This document shows, piece after piece, positions 9,946 to 22,288 of a DNA stretch of 64,000 bases (position 1 is the first letter of the stretch; every line of letters starts with the position of its first letter). The position numbers were made by a program, and so were the translations under genes. Below the pieces are notes generated by a model. It worked only from the letters and a program-made list of their open reading frames with translations. It searched no databases and was not told the DNA's origin. The stretch is from an uncultured Gemmatimonadales bacterium (GTDB lineage Bacteria > Gemmatimonadota > Gemmatimonadetes > Gemmatimonadales > GWC2-71-9): the NCBI GenBank assembly GCA_963771275.1, contig CAVYSW010000009.1:320001-384000 (forward strand). Direction: 5' to 3'.

Positions 9946-11208
9946 ATGGCCGGGGCGGGCGGCTTCGAGGTGGTGCGCGATCCCCTGTGGAACAACATCG
10001 GGATCGACCCGCAGGCGCTGCCCATCCTCGACAGCGCGCCGTTTCAGCGCCTCCGCTACGTCCGCCAGCTCGGCCACGCGTTCCTCGTCTACCCCGGCGC
10101 GACCCACACCCGCTTCGAGCACGCGCTCGGCACGTATCACCTCGCGCGACGCGCGCTGTCGCTGCTGGCGGAGCGGGGAGCGCTCGACGGTGTCGCCCCC
10201 GAGGAGGTGACGCTTGTGCGGCTGGCGGCGCTGCTGCACGACGTCGGCCATTACCCGTTCTCCCACGCGCTCGAGGAAGCCGGGCTGCCGTCGCACGAGC
10301 AGCTGGCGCGCGAGCACCTCACGCATCCCGAGCTCGCCGTGGCGCTCGCCGCGACCGGCGTCGCCCACGCGGAGCGCCGCATCGCCGAGCTGATCGTGGG
10401 CCGGAGCCCGAGCCCGCTTCAGGGCCTGATCTCGGGCTCGCTCGATCTCGACAAGATCGAGTACCTGACGCGCGATGCGCGGATGTGCGGCGTGCCGTAC
10501 GGCACGGTGGACGTGGACCGCCTGCTCCACTCGCTCACCCTCGTGCCGGGCGCGGCGGGCCAGACGGTCGGGCTGCACGAGAAGGGCGTGAGCGCGCTCG
10601 AGTCCCTCCTGTTTGCGAAGTACCAGATGTACCGCAACGTGTACTGGCACCACGCCGTGCGCAGCGCCACGGTGATGTTCAAGCGCGTCGTGCGGAGCGC
10701 GCTGGCGCGCGCCGTGCTCGATCCCGCGTGGATCGCGCAGGCCTCGGACGAGGCGCTGATGGAGCGGCTGCGGACATTGCCGGATGCGCCGCTCGCCGAG
10801 CGGCTGCGGCGGCGCCAGCTGTTCAAGCGGGTGCTCGACCTGCCGGCTGCGGAGCTTCCTCCGGGGGCGGGGACCTGGGTGGCGGAGGATCCCGACCTCA
10901 CGGCCCGCGTGGAAGACCGGCTCGCGGTGGAGTGCGGCCGCCGACCCGGTGAGCTGCTGCTCGACTTCCCCGCCAAGCCTGCGATGCTGTCGGGAGACGT
11001 GCCCGTGCTCGCGCGGGACGGCACCGTGGCGCCGGCGCGACTCGGGATCCTGCAGGTCGCCGACGCGCTCCACACCACCGCGCGGCGGCTCCGGTTGTAC
11101 GCCGGCGCTCCGCTCGCCGTGGCGCCGCAGGGAATGGTGACGCTGCTGGAGGAATCCGCGGTGGAGGTCGAGGCCCACCTGGCCGCGGACCGGGCGCTGC
11201 TGCGCTAG
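9946..11208 (+). CDS. HD-domain phosphohydrolase (YdhJ/SAMHD1-like dNTP triphosphohydrolase family)
   Basis: RDP, FQRLRYVRQLG, VYPGATHTRFEHALG, LLHDVGHYPFSH, DLDKIEYL.RD, MYRNVYWH. Confidence 0.9.
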   Translation: MAGAGGFEVVRDPLWNNIGIDPQALPILDSAPFQRLRYVRQLGHAFLVYPGATHTRFEHALGTYHLARRALSLLAERGALDGVAPEEVTLVRLAALLHDVGHYPFSHALEEAGLPSHEQLAREHLTHPELAVALAATGVAHAERRIAELIVGRSPSPLQGLISGSLDLDKIEYLTRDARMCGVPYGTVDVDRLLHSLTLVPGAAGQTVGLHEKGVSALESLLFAKYQMYRNVYWHHAVRSATVMFKRVVRSALARAVLDPAWIAQASDEALMERLRTLPDAPLAERLRRRQLFKRVLDLPAAELPPGAGTWVAEDPDLTARVEDRLAVECGRRPGELLLDFPAKPAMLSGDVPVLARDGTVAPARLGILQVADALHTTARRLRLYAGAPLAVAPQGMVTLLEESAVEVEAHLAADRALLR

Positions 11209-11405
11209 CCCGCCGCCGCGCGCGGGCGGCCGCCGGCCTCCGCCAGCTCCGCCGCCACCGCCCGATAGTAGCGCCCGTCGTCCGGCCGCCCCGCCTCATC
11301 CATCGCGACCGCGCACACCTCGAGGGCGTACAGCAGCGGGCCAAGATGCTGGGCGGCTACTGCCCCCACGGCGTCGGAATTGGGACCGGCCGCCGCGGCG
11401 GTCAC
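11205..11405 (-). CDS. Small hypothetical helical protein (66 aa)
   Basis: GTG start overlaps the PP2C stop (GTGA). Protein-like core QHLGPLLYALEVCAVAMDEAGRPDDGRYYRAVAAELAEAGG. Fills the gap to the convergent HD gene. Confidence 0.55.
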   Translation of the reverse strand: MTAAAAGPNSDAVGAVAAQHLGPLLYALEVCAVAMDEAGRPDDGRYYRAVAAELAEAGGRPRAAAG

Positions 11406-12166
11406 GGCGAGCCGCCGTCGCCCTCCACCCGGTCGATCCGCACCACGATCACCGTGATGTTGTCGAGCCCGCCCATGCGGTTCGCCTCCGTGACCAGCGC
11501 GTCCGCCAGGGCCTGCGGCTCGGGTGACGAGTGCAACAGGCGATGCAGCTGGGGATCGTCGATCATCCCGGTGAGGCCGTCGGACGCGAGCATGAACAGG
11601 TCCCCGGGACGGAGGGATCCGATGTAGGTGTCGGGCGCCACGTCGTCGTTGGCGCCCACGCACCGCGTGATCACGTTGCTGTACGGGTGCGTGCGCGCGT
11701 CCTCGGGGGACAGATAGCCGGCATCGACCTGCTCCTGGACGTACGAGTGATCCTTCGTGAGCTGCACCAGCTCGCCGTCGCGCAGCAGGTAGGCCCGGCT
11801 GTCCCCCACCTGGCCGATGAGGTAGCGCCGGCCGCTGAGCACGAGGGTCGTGGCCGTCGTCCCCATGCCGCGCTTGTCGTGTTCCGTGAGGGTCCGCTCG
11901 AAGATGGTCGCGTTCGCCAACCGGATCGCGTGACGCATGCGCTCCGACGCCGCGACGTCGTCGAGCGCCGCCGGGTCGCCGAGCTCGTCGGCGATGATCC
12001 GTACCGCCATCTCGCTCGCCACCTCGCCGGCCGCGTGCCCACCCATGCCGTCCGCCACGATGAACACGGCGCGGTCGGGGATCATGAGGTAGTTGTCCTC
12101 GTTCCCCGACCGCACGATGCCGACGTCGGTCCGTCCCGCGCAGGTGAAGCGCACGTTGGGAGTCAA
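11402..12166 (-). CDS. PP2C-family Ser/Thr protein phosphatase (Stp1/PrpC-like)
   Basis: TDVG.VRSGNED, VADGMGGHAAGEVAS, MGTT, VGDSRAY, TKDHS, LASDGL, GGLDNIT. Confidence 0.95.
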   Translation of the reverse strand: MTPNVRFTCAGRTDVGIVRSGNEDNYLMIPDRAVFIVADGMGGHAAGEVASEMAVRIIADELGDPAALDDVAASERMRHAIRLANATIFERTLTEHDKRGMGTTATTLVLSGRRYLIGQVGDSRAYLLRDGELVQLTKDHSYVQEQVDAGYLSPEDARTHPYSNVITRCVGANDDVAPDTYIGSLRPGDLFMLASDGLTGMIDDPQLHRLLHSSPEPQALADALVTEANRMGGLDNITVIVVRIDRVEGDGGSP

Positions 12167-12167
12167 G

Positions 12168-13481
12168 CTACGGTTGGTCGGTTGGCAGCTTGAGGGCCTG
12201 GATGAGCTTCGTGGACCCGCCCTTGATCGGCTCGTTCAGGTCCGCCGGCTCGAAGAACGCGCGGACGTCGCCGAATCGTAGCAGCGCGCCCGGAGCAAGC
12301 GGCACCTCTCCGGCGACGCGCTCGCCGTCGGCGAACGTGCCGTTGGTGGAGTCGAGGTCCACCAGCACCCAGATGCCCTCACGACGCTGGAGCTTGGCAT
12401 GCGTCGTGGACACGCTGTCGTCCGGCAACACGATGTCGTTGTAGTCCGCCCGGCCGACGTTGACCACCGGCGTCCGGATCGGGACGCGCTGGCCCTTCAG
12501 CACCCCGCTCCGGATCACGACGTGGGCGAGCGGGCCGGTCGGGCCCCTGGGGCCCGGCGGCGCGGGGGCCGGGCCACCGCCCGACGCCGCCGGCACCGAT
12601 GGACCGGGCGCGGGAGCGGCCGGCGGCCGCGGGACCGGGGGCGGCGCCGGATGCCTCGGCCCCGCGGCGACTGGCGGCACCGCGGGCCCGGGTGGTGGGA
12701 CGGGAGGCCTGGGCGGCGCGCCGGCCGGTCGCACCCCCCGGACGCCGAGCAGCGTGTCCGCCAGGCGACGCAGCGCGCCCTGCGACCCGCGCGGCTCGGC
12801 GGCGGGCGGCGCCGACCCGGCGGCCTGGGGGCTGGCGTCCGCGTAGAACCGGAATTCGTTGTCCCCGATCCGGATCACGTCCGCCCGTGACAGGGCGAGC
12901 TGCCCGCTCACGCGCTGCCCGTTGACGAACGTGCCGTTGGTACTGCTGTCCACGATGAGGTAGCCGCTCGGCGTGCCGACCACCTCCGCGTGGCGGCGCG
13001 ACACATCCTTGTTCGTCACCACCACGTCGCACGCGGCGTCGCGGCCGATCACCACCGAGTCGGCCACGAGATACTCGCGTCCGTCGGTCAGACTGACCAG
13101 CCGTCCACCGGTGGTCGCCGTCGGGGCGCGCGCCGCCGCCCCCGGCGCGCCACCCTGGCCCGGCGTCAGGACCGGCATGTACTGCGTGCTCCCGCTGCGC
13201 CGCTCGTCGACGAACAGCAGCTCGTGTCCGCCGATCTCGATCTTGTCGCCGTGCAGCAGCGGGCTCGGCTGCGCGCCAAGCCGGACCCCGTTCACGAGGA
13301 TCTCCGCGCGCGCGTCCGCGCGACGGATGGCCACCTGCCCGTCCCCTCCGACCTGGAGCACGGCGTGTCGCGGCGCGACCAACATGCCGGTCAACACGAA
13401 TCGCGAGCCGGGATCGCTGCCGATCGCCGACTCGCCCGGCGCGATCGCCAGACGCTGACCCCCGATTTCCAGAAACGCCAT
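12168..13481 (-). CDS. Multi-FHA domain protein (three FHA-like domains, Pro-rich linker)
   Basis: Two canonical FHA domains (IGRD...VSRRHA...STNGT; VGRAD...VSTTHA...STNGT) plus one degenerate N-terminal copy. Confidence 0.9.
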   Translation of the reverse strand: MAFLEIGGQRLAIAPGESAIGSDPGSRFVLTGMLVAPRHAVLQVGGDGQVAIRRADARAEILVNGVRLGAQPSPLLHGDKIEIGGHELLFVDERRSGSTQYMPVLTPGQGGAPGAAARAPTATTGGRLVSLTDGREYLVADSVVIGRDAACDVVVTNKDVSRRHAEVVGTPSGYLIVDSSTNGTFVNGQRVSGQLALSRADVIRIGDNEFRFYADASPQAAGSAPPAAEPRGSQGALRRLADTLLGVRGVRPAGAPPRPPVPPPGPAVPPVAAGPRHPAPPPVPRPPAAPAPGPSVPAASGGGPAPAPPGPRGPTGPLAHVVIRSGVLKGQRVPIRTPVVNVGRADYNDIVLPDDSVSTTHAKLQRREGIWVLVDLDSTNGTFADGERVAGEVPLAPGALLRFGDVRAFFEPADLNEPIKGGSTKLIQALKLPTDQP

Positions 13482-13555
13482 GTGCCTCGTGCCCGGTTGG
13501 CTCCGCCCTGACCGGAAAAGCTAGTGACCGCCCAAACGAGGGGCAACCGAACCGC

Positions 13556-14623
13556 CTACCCCGTGTTGAGCATCGCCTCCTTGGACTCCGCTCCCTTCAG
13601 CCAGTGCCAGAAGATCACCGATCCGAACCCGACGGTGAGGTAGCAGACGGTGAGCCGCCACAGCAGGATGTACGACGGCGTGAGCGCCCGCGGCACGTAG
13701 ATCGACATCACCGCGGCCGACAGCAGCTCGGCCAGCCCCGATCCGCCGGGCGTCGGGGCGAAGTACAGCAGGAAGGTGATCAGCGTCTGGAGCAGCAGCA
13801 CGTCGACGAACGGCGCGTGGATCCCCAGCATCTTCAGGACCACGAACCCGGCCAGCAGCTTGTTGGCGTGCGCCGCGCCCGACAGCAGCACGCTCGTGCC
13901 AATCGCAAGCCAGCCGCGGGGGCCGGCAAAGCGCGCCAGCGCGGCATGCGCCTGATCCACGCCCGCCTCGAGGTCTCGCAGGTGCCCCGCCCATGCCTGC
14001 CTGCCGCGCCGCTCGAGCCACCCGCCCATCCGCCGCACCAGTCGGCGTGCCAGACTCGGGAACATGATCAGCACCACGATCATCAATCCGACCGTCACGA
14101 ACCCCCCCAGACTCAGCCGGAACAGATCGTACAGGTCGATCCCGCTGCCGAGGACCCCATGGCGGGCGAGGGACCGGCCCGCGCCGAAGAAGATCGCGAG
14201 CGGGCCGGCGACGGCGAAGAACACGATCGTCGCCAGGAACGTCATCAGGCTCGCCACCATCGCTTCGGGCAGCGGGGTGCCGTACCGCTTGAGCGTGTAG
14301 ATCATCAGCGGCCCGCCGCCCGTCTGCGACGGCGTGAGGTAGCTGGCCCACGTGTTGAGGCCGCCGGCGAGAATGGCACCCGTGAGGGACTGCGGGCGGT
14401 ACGTGTGACGGGCGAGGACGAACAGCCGGAGCCCCCCGCCAAACCAGTCGAGCGAGGCCAGGCCCACTCCGACCAGCACCCACCCGAAGTGCACCGTCAC
14501 CATCGCGGTGAGGAACCGCTCGAAGTTGTTCCCGTAGAGCAGCAGCCCCGCGAACCCGAGCAGCGAGATCGCGGCGAAGATCTCGAGCCCGCGGCGGAGC
14601 AAGCGGGGGTTGAGCAGCGCCAT
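13556..14623 (-). CDS. Lysylphosphatidylglycerol synthase TM / flippase-like membrane protein (UPF0104 type)
   Basis: Multi-TM. TPSQTGGGP, PTPGGSGLAE and LLWRL motifs. Confidence 0.85.
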   Translation of the reverse strand: MALLNPRLLRRGLEIFAAISLLGFAGLLLYGNNFERFLTAMVTVHFGWVLVGVGLASLDWFGGGLRLFVLARHTYRPQSLTGAILAGGLNTWASYLTPSQTGGGPLMIYTLKRYGTPLPEAMVASLMTFLATIVFFAVAGPLAIFFGAGRSLARHGVLGSGIDLYDLFRLSLGGFVTVGLMIVVLIMFPSLARRLVRRMGGWLERRGRQAWAGHLRDLEAGVDQAHAALARFAGPRGWLAIGTSVLLSGAAHANKLLAGFVVLKMLGIHAPFVDVLLLQTLITFLLYFAPTPGGSGLAELLSAAVMSIYVPRALTPSYILLWRLTVCYLTVGFGSVIFWHWLKGAESKEAMLNTG

Positions 14624-14700
14624 GAGGCGCCAACCTACGCCCGGAAGACGGTTCCGGCAACGCCTTGTTGCGCCGAGCGGGGCCCGGCTATGCTTCCCGC

Positions 14701-17555
<2,855 letters not shown>

Positions 17556-17559
<4 letters not shown>

Positions 17560-18740
17560 CGCCACTTGAGGAGACGGCGCTCGTGACCGCGATTCCGTGG
17601 CACCGCCGCTGGGCCATCGGCCGGAACCGCTACGACTTCGTCGAGCTGGCCGGCGCCTTCGGTGATCTCGGCACCTTGATCCCGTTCGTGGTCGGCTACA
17701 TCGCCGTCGCCCACGTCGACCCGCTGGGCATCTTGTTCGGGTTCGGCCTGTGCCAGATCCTGGTCGGCCTCTACTACAAGACCCCGATCCCCGTGCAGCC
17801 CATGAAAGCCATCGGCGGCGCGGCCATCGCCACCGGCGCCGCGATCAGCCCCGGCATGATCTGGGGCGCAGGCCTGTTCACCGGCCTGTTCTGGCTCCTG
17901 GCCGGTGCCACCGGGACGGTCAATCTGGCGACCCGGCTCGCCGCGAAGCCGATCGTGCTGGGCATCGTGCTCGGCCTGGGGCTGCTGTTCATGCGCGAAG
18001 GCATCGCGCTGATGCTGGTAACCCCTTGGCTCGCCGGTCTCGGGCTGATCGTCACGCTCCTGCTGCTCACCCACGGGCGCGTCCCGGCGATGTTCGCCCT
18101 GCTGGTCCTGGGCACCGTGGCCGCGTTTCTGCTCGATCCGGCCGGCATGAGACACGTCCTCGCAATGCGGCCCGCCCTCCGCCTGCCCGACTTCAGCTTC
18201 GGCCGGATGACCTGGAGCGACTTCCTGGCCGGGACGGTCGTGCTCGCCATTCCGCAGCTGCCCCTCACCATCGGCAACGCCGTGATTGCGATCCGGGTCG
18301 AGAACAACGAGCTGTTCCCCGAGCGCCCCGTGAGCGACCGCATGATGGCGGTCTCTCAGGGACTCCTGAACCTGCTCGCGGCGCCGTTCGGCGGCGTCCC
18401 GCTCTGTCACGGCGCCGGCGGCATGGCCGGCCACGTGCGGTTCGGCGCCCGCACCGGCGGCTCTTTGGTCATGCTGGGCGGCATCCTGCTGGCGCTCGCC
18501 CTTTTCTTCAGTCACGCGGTGGGGCTCCTGTTCCAGGTCTTCCCCAAGGCCGTGCTGGGCGTGATCCTGTTCTTCGCCGGGACCGAGCTGGCCATCATGG
18601 TGCGCGACATCGGCAACAAGAAGGAGGACGCGTACGTGATGCTGGTGGTCGCCGCCTTCGCGATGTGGAACATGGGCGCCGCGTTCCTGGCGGGCATCCT
18701 GCTGCACCAGGCCCTGCAGCGTCGCTGGCTCCGGATCTAG
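17556..18740 (+). CDS. MOT1-family putative molybdate/sulfate transporter
   Basis: ELAGAFGDLGTLIP, PIPVQPMKAI, QLPLTIGNA, PLCHGAGGMAGHVRFGARTGG. Confidence 0.88.
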
Positions 18741-18767
18741 CTCGGTACGAACCCCTGCGAGCCTCGC

Positions 18768-18796
18768 TTGCCGGGGCCGCGTGACGGGATTACAAT
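18768..18796 (+). promoter_or_regulatory. Sigma70-type promoter of tRNA-Asn
   Basis: TTGCCG-N17-TACAAT ending 27 nt upstream of the tRNA. Confidence 0.7.
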
Positions 18797-18823
18797 CGAG
18801 TCGGCGCGCCGCGCCGCGCCCAT

Positions 18824-18896
18824 TCCGGAGTAGCTCAGCTGGTAGAGCAGGCGGCTGTTAACCGCCGGGTCGGGGGTTCGAGTCCCTCCTCCGGAG
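18824..18896 (+). tRNA. tRNA-Asn (GTT)
   Basis: Acceptor stem TCCGGAG/CTCCGGA, D arm TAGCTCAGCTGGTAGAGC, anticodon loop CT-GTT-AA, T loop GGTTCGAGTCC. CCA not encoded. Confidence 0.97.
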
Positions 18897-18904
18897 TCCT
18901 GCCC

Positions 18905-18946
18905 AGGCACCTGGTTCGCCGGCGGCGAACCAAGGTGCCTCTGTTT
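18905..18946 (+). terminator. Long hairpin after tRNA-Asn, probable terminator
   Basis: AGGCACCTGGTTCGCC-ggc-GGCGAACCA(A)GGTGCCT followed by CTGTTT. Confidence 0.6.
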
Positions 18947-18957
18947 GAGAGTGAGGC

Positions 18958-21036
18958 ATGACCATTCTCGCGAAGCTCCAGCAGGCCCTGCGCACGCAGC
19001 TGGCTAAACGGACGCCGGCCGAGAATGCCTACCTCCTCCTCATCCCCACCATTGGCGTCCTGACCGGCGTCGCCGCGGTCTCGATCGCCCACCTGATGGC
19101 CCTGCTCCAGCACCGGCTGTGGGGCGGCGGGGACAGTCTGCTGGCGAGCGCCATGGCCGCTCCCTGGTGGCGGCGGCTGCTGATTCCCACGCTCGGTGGC
19201 GCGGCGGTCGGGCTCGTGGCCTGGCTGGTGAAGCGGGAGGTGCGCGGCGGCGGGACGGCTGCCCTGGTCCACGCCCTCGCGCTGCGCGGCGGTCACATCT
19301 CGTTCCGCGAGGAACTGCCGGGGGTCTTCGCCGGCATGCTCACCGTGTCGTCCGGCGGCTCGCTCGGTCGCGAGGGCCCGATGATCGACTTCGCGGCCGC
19401 GCTGGGGTCGCGGTTGGGCCGCCTGTTCTCGCTGAGCACGCAGCAGGTCCAGGTGTTGGTGTGTTGCGGGACGGCGGCGGCGATCTCGGCCGTCTACAAC
19501 GCGCCCATCGGCGGCACGATTCTGGTGATGGAGATCCTGATCGGCCGGTTCGCCCTCGAGATCTTCGGGCCGGTGGTGATCGCCTCGGTCCTCTCGACGC
19601 TGATCTTCCGCGGCGCCATGGGCAACCTGCCCCGCTTCGTGATCCCGGCCTACGAGCTGGTCTCGCCCTGGGAGCTGCTCGGCTACCTCGCGCTCGGCGT
19701 GCTGTGCGGGGCCTTCGCCGTCTTGACGATCAAGGGCATCGCGTGGGTGGACGACGCCTTTCGCAAGCTGCGGCGTGTCGGCTGGGCACAGCCCGCCATC
19801 GGCTTCGCGCTGCTGGGCGCCATCGGCGTCGCGTTCCCCTATGTGTACGGCAACGGCTACGAAGCGGTCAACCTGGCGCTCCACGAGCAGCTGCCGTTCA
19901 CCCTGCTACTGGTTCTGCCCTTCGTGAAGCTGCTGGCCACGGCGATCACGCGCGGCAGCGGCGGGTCGGGCGGGATCTTCACGCCGACGTTGATGTTGGG
20001 GGCGTTTCTGGGCGGCGCGTTCGGGTACGCGGTGCATAGCTGGTTCCCCGCCCATACGGCCGAGTACGGCGCGTACTCGCTGGTCGGGATGGGCGCCGTG
20101 CTGGCCGGCGTCACGCACGCCCCGATCATGGCGATCATGATGATCTTCGAGCAGACCAACTCGTACCCGATCATTCTCCCGCTGATGCTCGTCTGCATCG
20201 TCAGCAACTTCGTGGCGCGGCGGATCAAGCGCGAGCCGCTGCATCTCGATGCCCTGCGCCGGCGCGGCGTCGTGCTGCCCACCGGCCCGGAGGCCGCCGT
20301 GATGAAATCGCTCCGGGTGGCCGACGTGATGCACGATGACGTGGAGGCGGTCGACGAGCGCGATTCGTTCAGCAAGGTGGTCGAGTACTTCCTCTCGAGG
20401 CCGCGCAGCCTGCTCTTCGTCGTCGATGACGAGCGACGCTTTGTGGGAACCATCTCCCTCCATGCCATCAAGGACGTGTTGGCCGCGGGCGTGGGTCTCG
20501 AAGTCGTGATCGCGGCCGATCTGGCCGAGCCGTTCGAGGTGGTGACGCCGAACGAGTCGCTGGCCGACGTGATGGAGCGGTTCTGGCGCCAGCGCGCCGA
20601 GCGCCTGCCGGTGCTCCAGGACGCGGAGTCGCGCAAACTCATCGGATGGGTGTCCCAGCGCGACCTGATCGGGATCTACAGCCAGGAGATCCTGCAGAAG
20701 GGGCAGCTGCTCGCGCGCTTCACGGTGCCCGACGCGGCGGGCGAGGAGCGCGGCACCTACGTCGAGCTGCCCACGGGCGTGGCGATCCGGACGCTCATCG
20801 TCCCCTCCGCGTTCGACGGCCGGACCATCGGCGATATCGCGGCCCGCTCCGCGTTCGGCGTGCACATCCTCCAGATCGCGCGCCACGATCCGGTTCGCGG
20901 CATGCGCAGCACTGAGCTGCCCGGCTCGGGCTCCGTCCTCCGCGCGCACGACCGGCTCATGGTCATCGGCCCGCGCCAGGGCCTCGTGCAGCTCCAACGG
21001 GCACTCCACGCCGAAACCGAGGAGCCCCACCTGTGA
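18958..21036 (+). CDS. CLC-family chloride channel/transporter with CBS pair and C-terminal RCK_C (TrkA-C)-like domain
   Basis: GSLGREGP, YNAPIGG, GGSGGIFTP, GVTHAP. CBS-like RVADVM...VVD and ERLPV. C-terminal FDGRTIGDI...GVHIL...DRLMVIG. Confidence 0.9.
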   Translation: MTILAKLQQALRTQLAKRTPAENAYLLLIPTIGVLTGVAAVSIAHLMALLQHRLWGGGDSLLASAMAAPWWRRLLIPTLGGAAVGLVAWLVKREVRGGGTAALVHALALRGGHISFREELPGVFAGMLTVSSGGSLGREGPMIDFAAALGSRLGRLFSLSTQQVQVLVCCGTAAAISAVYNAPIGGTILVMEILIGRFALEIFGPVVIASVLSTLIFRGAMGNLPRFVIPAYELVSPWELLGYLALGVLCGAFAVLTIKGIAWVDDAFRKLRRVGWAQPAIGFALLGAIGVAFPYVYGNGYEAVNLALHEQLPFTLLLVLPFVKLLATAITRGSGGSGGIFTPTLMLGAFLGGAFGYAVHSWFPAHTAEYGAYSLVGMGAVLAGVTHAPIMAIMMIFEQTNSYPIILPLMLVCIVSNFVARRIKREPLHLDALRRRGVVLPTGPEAAVMKSLRVADVMHDDVEAVDERDSFSKVVEYFLSRPRSLLFVVDDERRFVGTISLHAIKDVLAAGVGLEVVIAADLAEPFEVVTPNESLADVMERFWRQRAERLPVLQDAESRKLIGWVSQRDLIGIYSQEILQKGQLLARFTVPDAAGEERGTYVELPTGVAIRTLIVPSAFDGRTIGDIAARSAFGVHILQIARHDPVRGMRSTELPGSGSVLRAHDRLMVIGPRQGLVQLQRALHAETEEPHL

Positions 21037-21211
21037 TATCCATGGCTGGCATCCCCGGCGGCACCAGGGGTTCCCCCGGCGCCGGGCGCCCGATACCTTA
21101 TACCATCATCCAGCTCGGAATTCCCGGTCCAGCCCGGACCGCGCAGTCTTGTCGTGCCACGCGGCCGCTCGGCAGAGCCCCGCTTCGGATCCCTCGCATA
21201 GCGCAGCCGTA

Positions 21212-22231
21212 ATGCCCGGAGGCTCTTTGTCATCCCACGAGCCGGACTTCACGCACTCCTCCCTCCCCGAGCCCCATCACGGTCGCACCAAGACGATTCT
21301 GCGCCAGCATCCCGAAATCCGCGGGCTGATCGGCAAGAACCCCGCGACCTTCTGGCTCGCGCTCGGGATCGTAGTCCTCCAGATCGCCGTCGCCTACCTG
21401 GTGCGCGCCCAGCCCTGGTGGGTCGTGGTCGCGGTGGCGTATCTCGTGGGCGCGTTCGCCAACCACACGCTGTTCGTCGTGATTCACGAGTGCACGCACA
21501 AGCTGGTCTTTCGCCGGACGACGCCCAACATCCTCGCCGGACTCTTGGCGAACCTGCCGCTCGCGGTCCCCGCCTCCGTCTCGTTCACCAAGTACCACCT
21601 CAAGCACCACACGTATCAGGGCGTCTACGCGCTCGACGGCGACCTGCCCAGTCTGTGGGAAGCGCGCCTCGTGGGTCGCTCGCCGTGGCGCAAGGCGCTG
21701 TGGCTCGCCCTGTTCCCCGTGGTCGAGGGGCTCCGCCCGCTGCGTCTCAAGGAGATTCCCTTTTGGGACGGCTGGTTGGTCGTCAACACCGTCTTGCAGC
21801 TCGCGTTCGACGTGGCCGTCTTCGTGGTGCTCGGGCCCGCAGCGCTTGCGTACCTGGTGCTCTCATTGTTCTTCGGCATCGGCCTGCATCCGGTGGGCGC
21901 ACGCTGGATCCAGCGACACTTCCTCGTGGGGAGTGAGGAGCAGGAGACGTACAGCTACTATGGACCGCTGAACCGCATCGCGCTCAACGTGGGCTACCAC
22001 AACGAGCACCACGACTTCCCCTCGGTGCCGTGGAACCGCCTGCCGGACGTCCGCCGCGCCGCGCCGGAGTCGTACGAGTCGCTGAAGCATCACATGTCCT
22101 GGACCCGCCTGTTGTTCCGCTTCCTGTTCGACCGGGAGATCACGCTCTACTCGCGCATGGTCCGCACGAATCGCGACGCGGGCGCCCCTGCGGACGCCGG
22201 CGTCGAGCGCGAGGCACCGGTCGCGAGGTAG
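21212..22231 (+). CDS. Membrane fatty-acid desaturase, sphingolipid delta-4 desaturase (DES/DEGS)-like
   Basis: His boxes HECTH, HLKHH, HNEHH. N-terminal EPH..R...IL..HPEI..L.G and C-terminal ETYSYYGPLN....NVGYHNEHHDFP. Start may be TTG 21227. Confidence 0.88.
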   Translation: MPGGSLSSHEPDFTHSSLPEPHHGRTKTILRQHPEIRGLIGKNPATFWLALGIVVLQIAVAYLVRAQPWWVVVAVAYLVGAFANHTLFVVIHECTHKLVFRRTTPNILAGLLANLPLAVPASVSFTKYHLKHHTYQGVYALDGDLPSLWEARLVGRSPWRKALWLALFPVVEGLRPLRLKEIPFWDGWLVVNTVLQLAFDVAVFVVLGPAALAYLVLSLFFGIGLHPVGARWIQRHFLVGSEEQETYSYYGPLNRIALNVGYHNEHHDFPSVPWNRLPDVRRAAPESYESLKHHMSWTRLLFRFLFDREITLYSRMVRTNRDAGAPADAGVEREAPVAR

Positions 22232-22241
22232 GGACGCGGAC

Positions 22242-22270
22242 GCGGGCGGCTCCCTCCGGGAGCCGCCCGC
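22242..22270. terminator. 13-bp perfect hairpin between convergent genes
   Basis: GCGGGCGGCTCCC-tcc-GGGAGCCGCCCGC. Confidence 0.65.
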
Positions 22271-22288
22271 AGGTCGTGGATCCGGCGG

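Noticed and set aside
9946..11208. HD protein as an anti-phage dNTPase defence system
   Set aside because: It is a YdhJ-type housekeeping-like protein directly behind pckA, with no defence-island context.
8572..11208. Apparent large fusion ORFs in the track (8572-11208, 3902-5647, 40069-41598, 41811-43598, 53817-55772)
   Set aside because: The N-terminal extensions are out-of-frame read-through of neighbouring genes or non-coding DNA. The real starts are internal (9946, 4520, 41314, 42425, 54315).
18897..18957. Fluoride riboswitch / CLC-F exporter
   Set aside because: The leader is a simple hairpin without the fluoride riboswitch consensus. The protein has GREGP rather than the CLC-F motifs GNNLI and GREGT.
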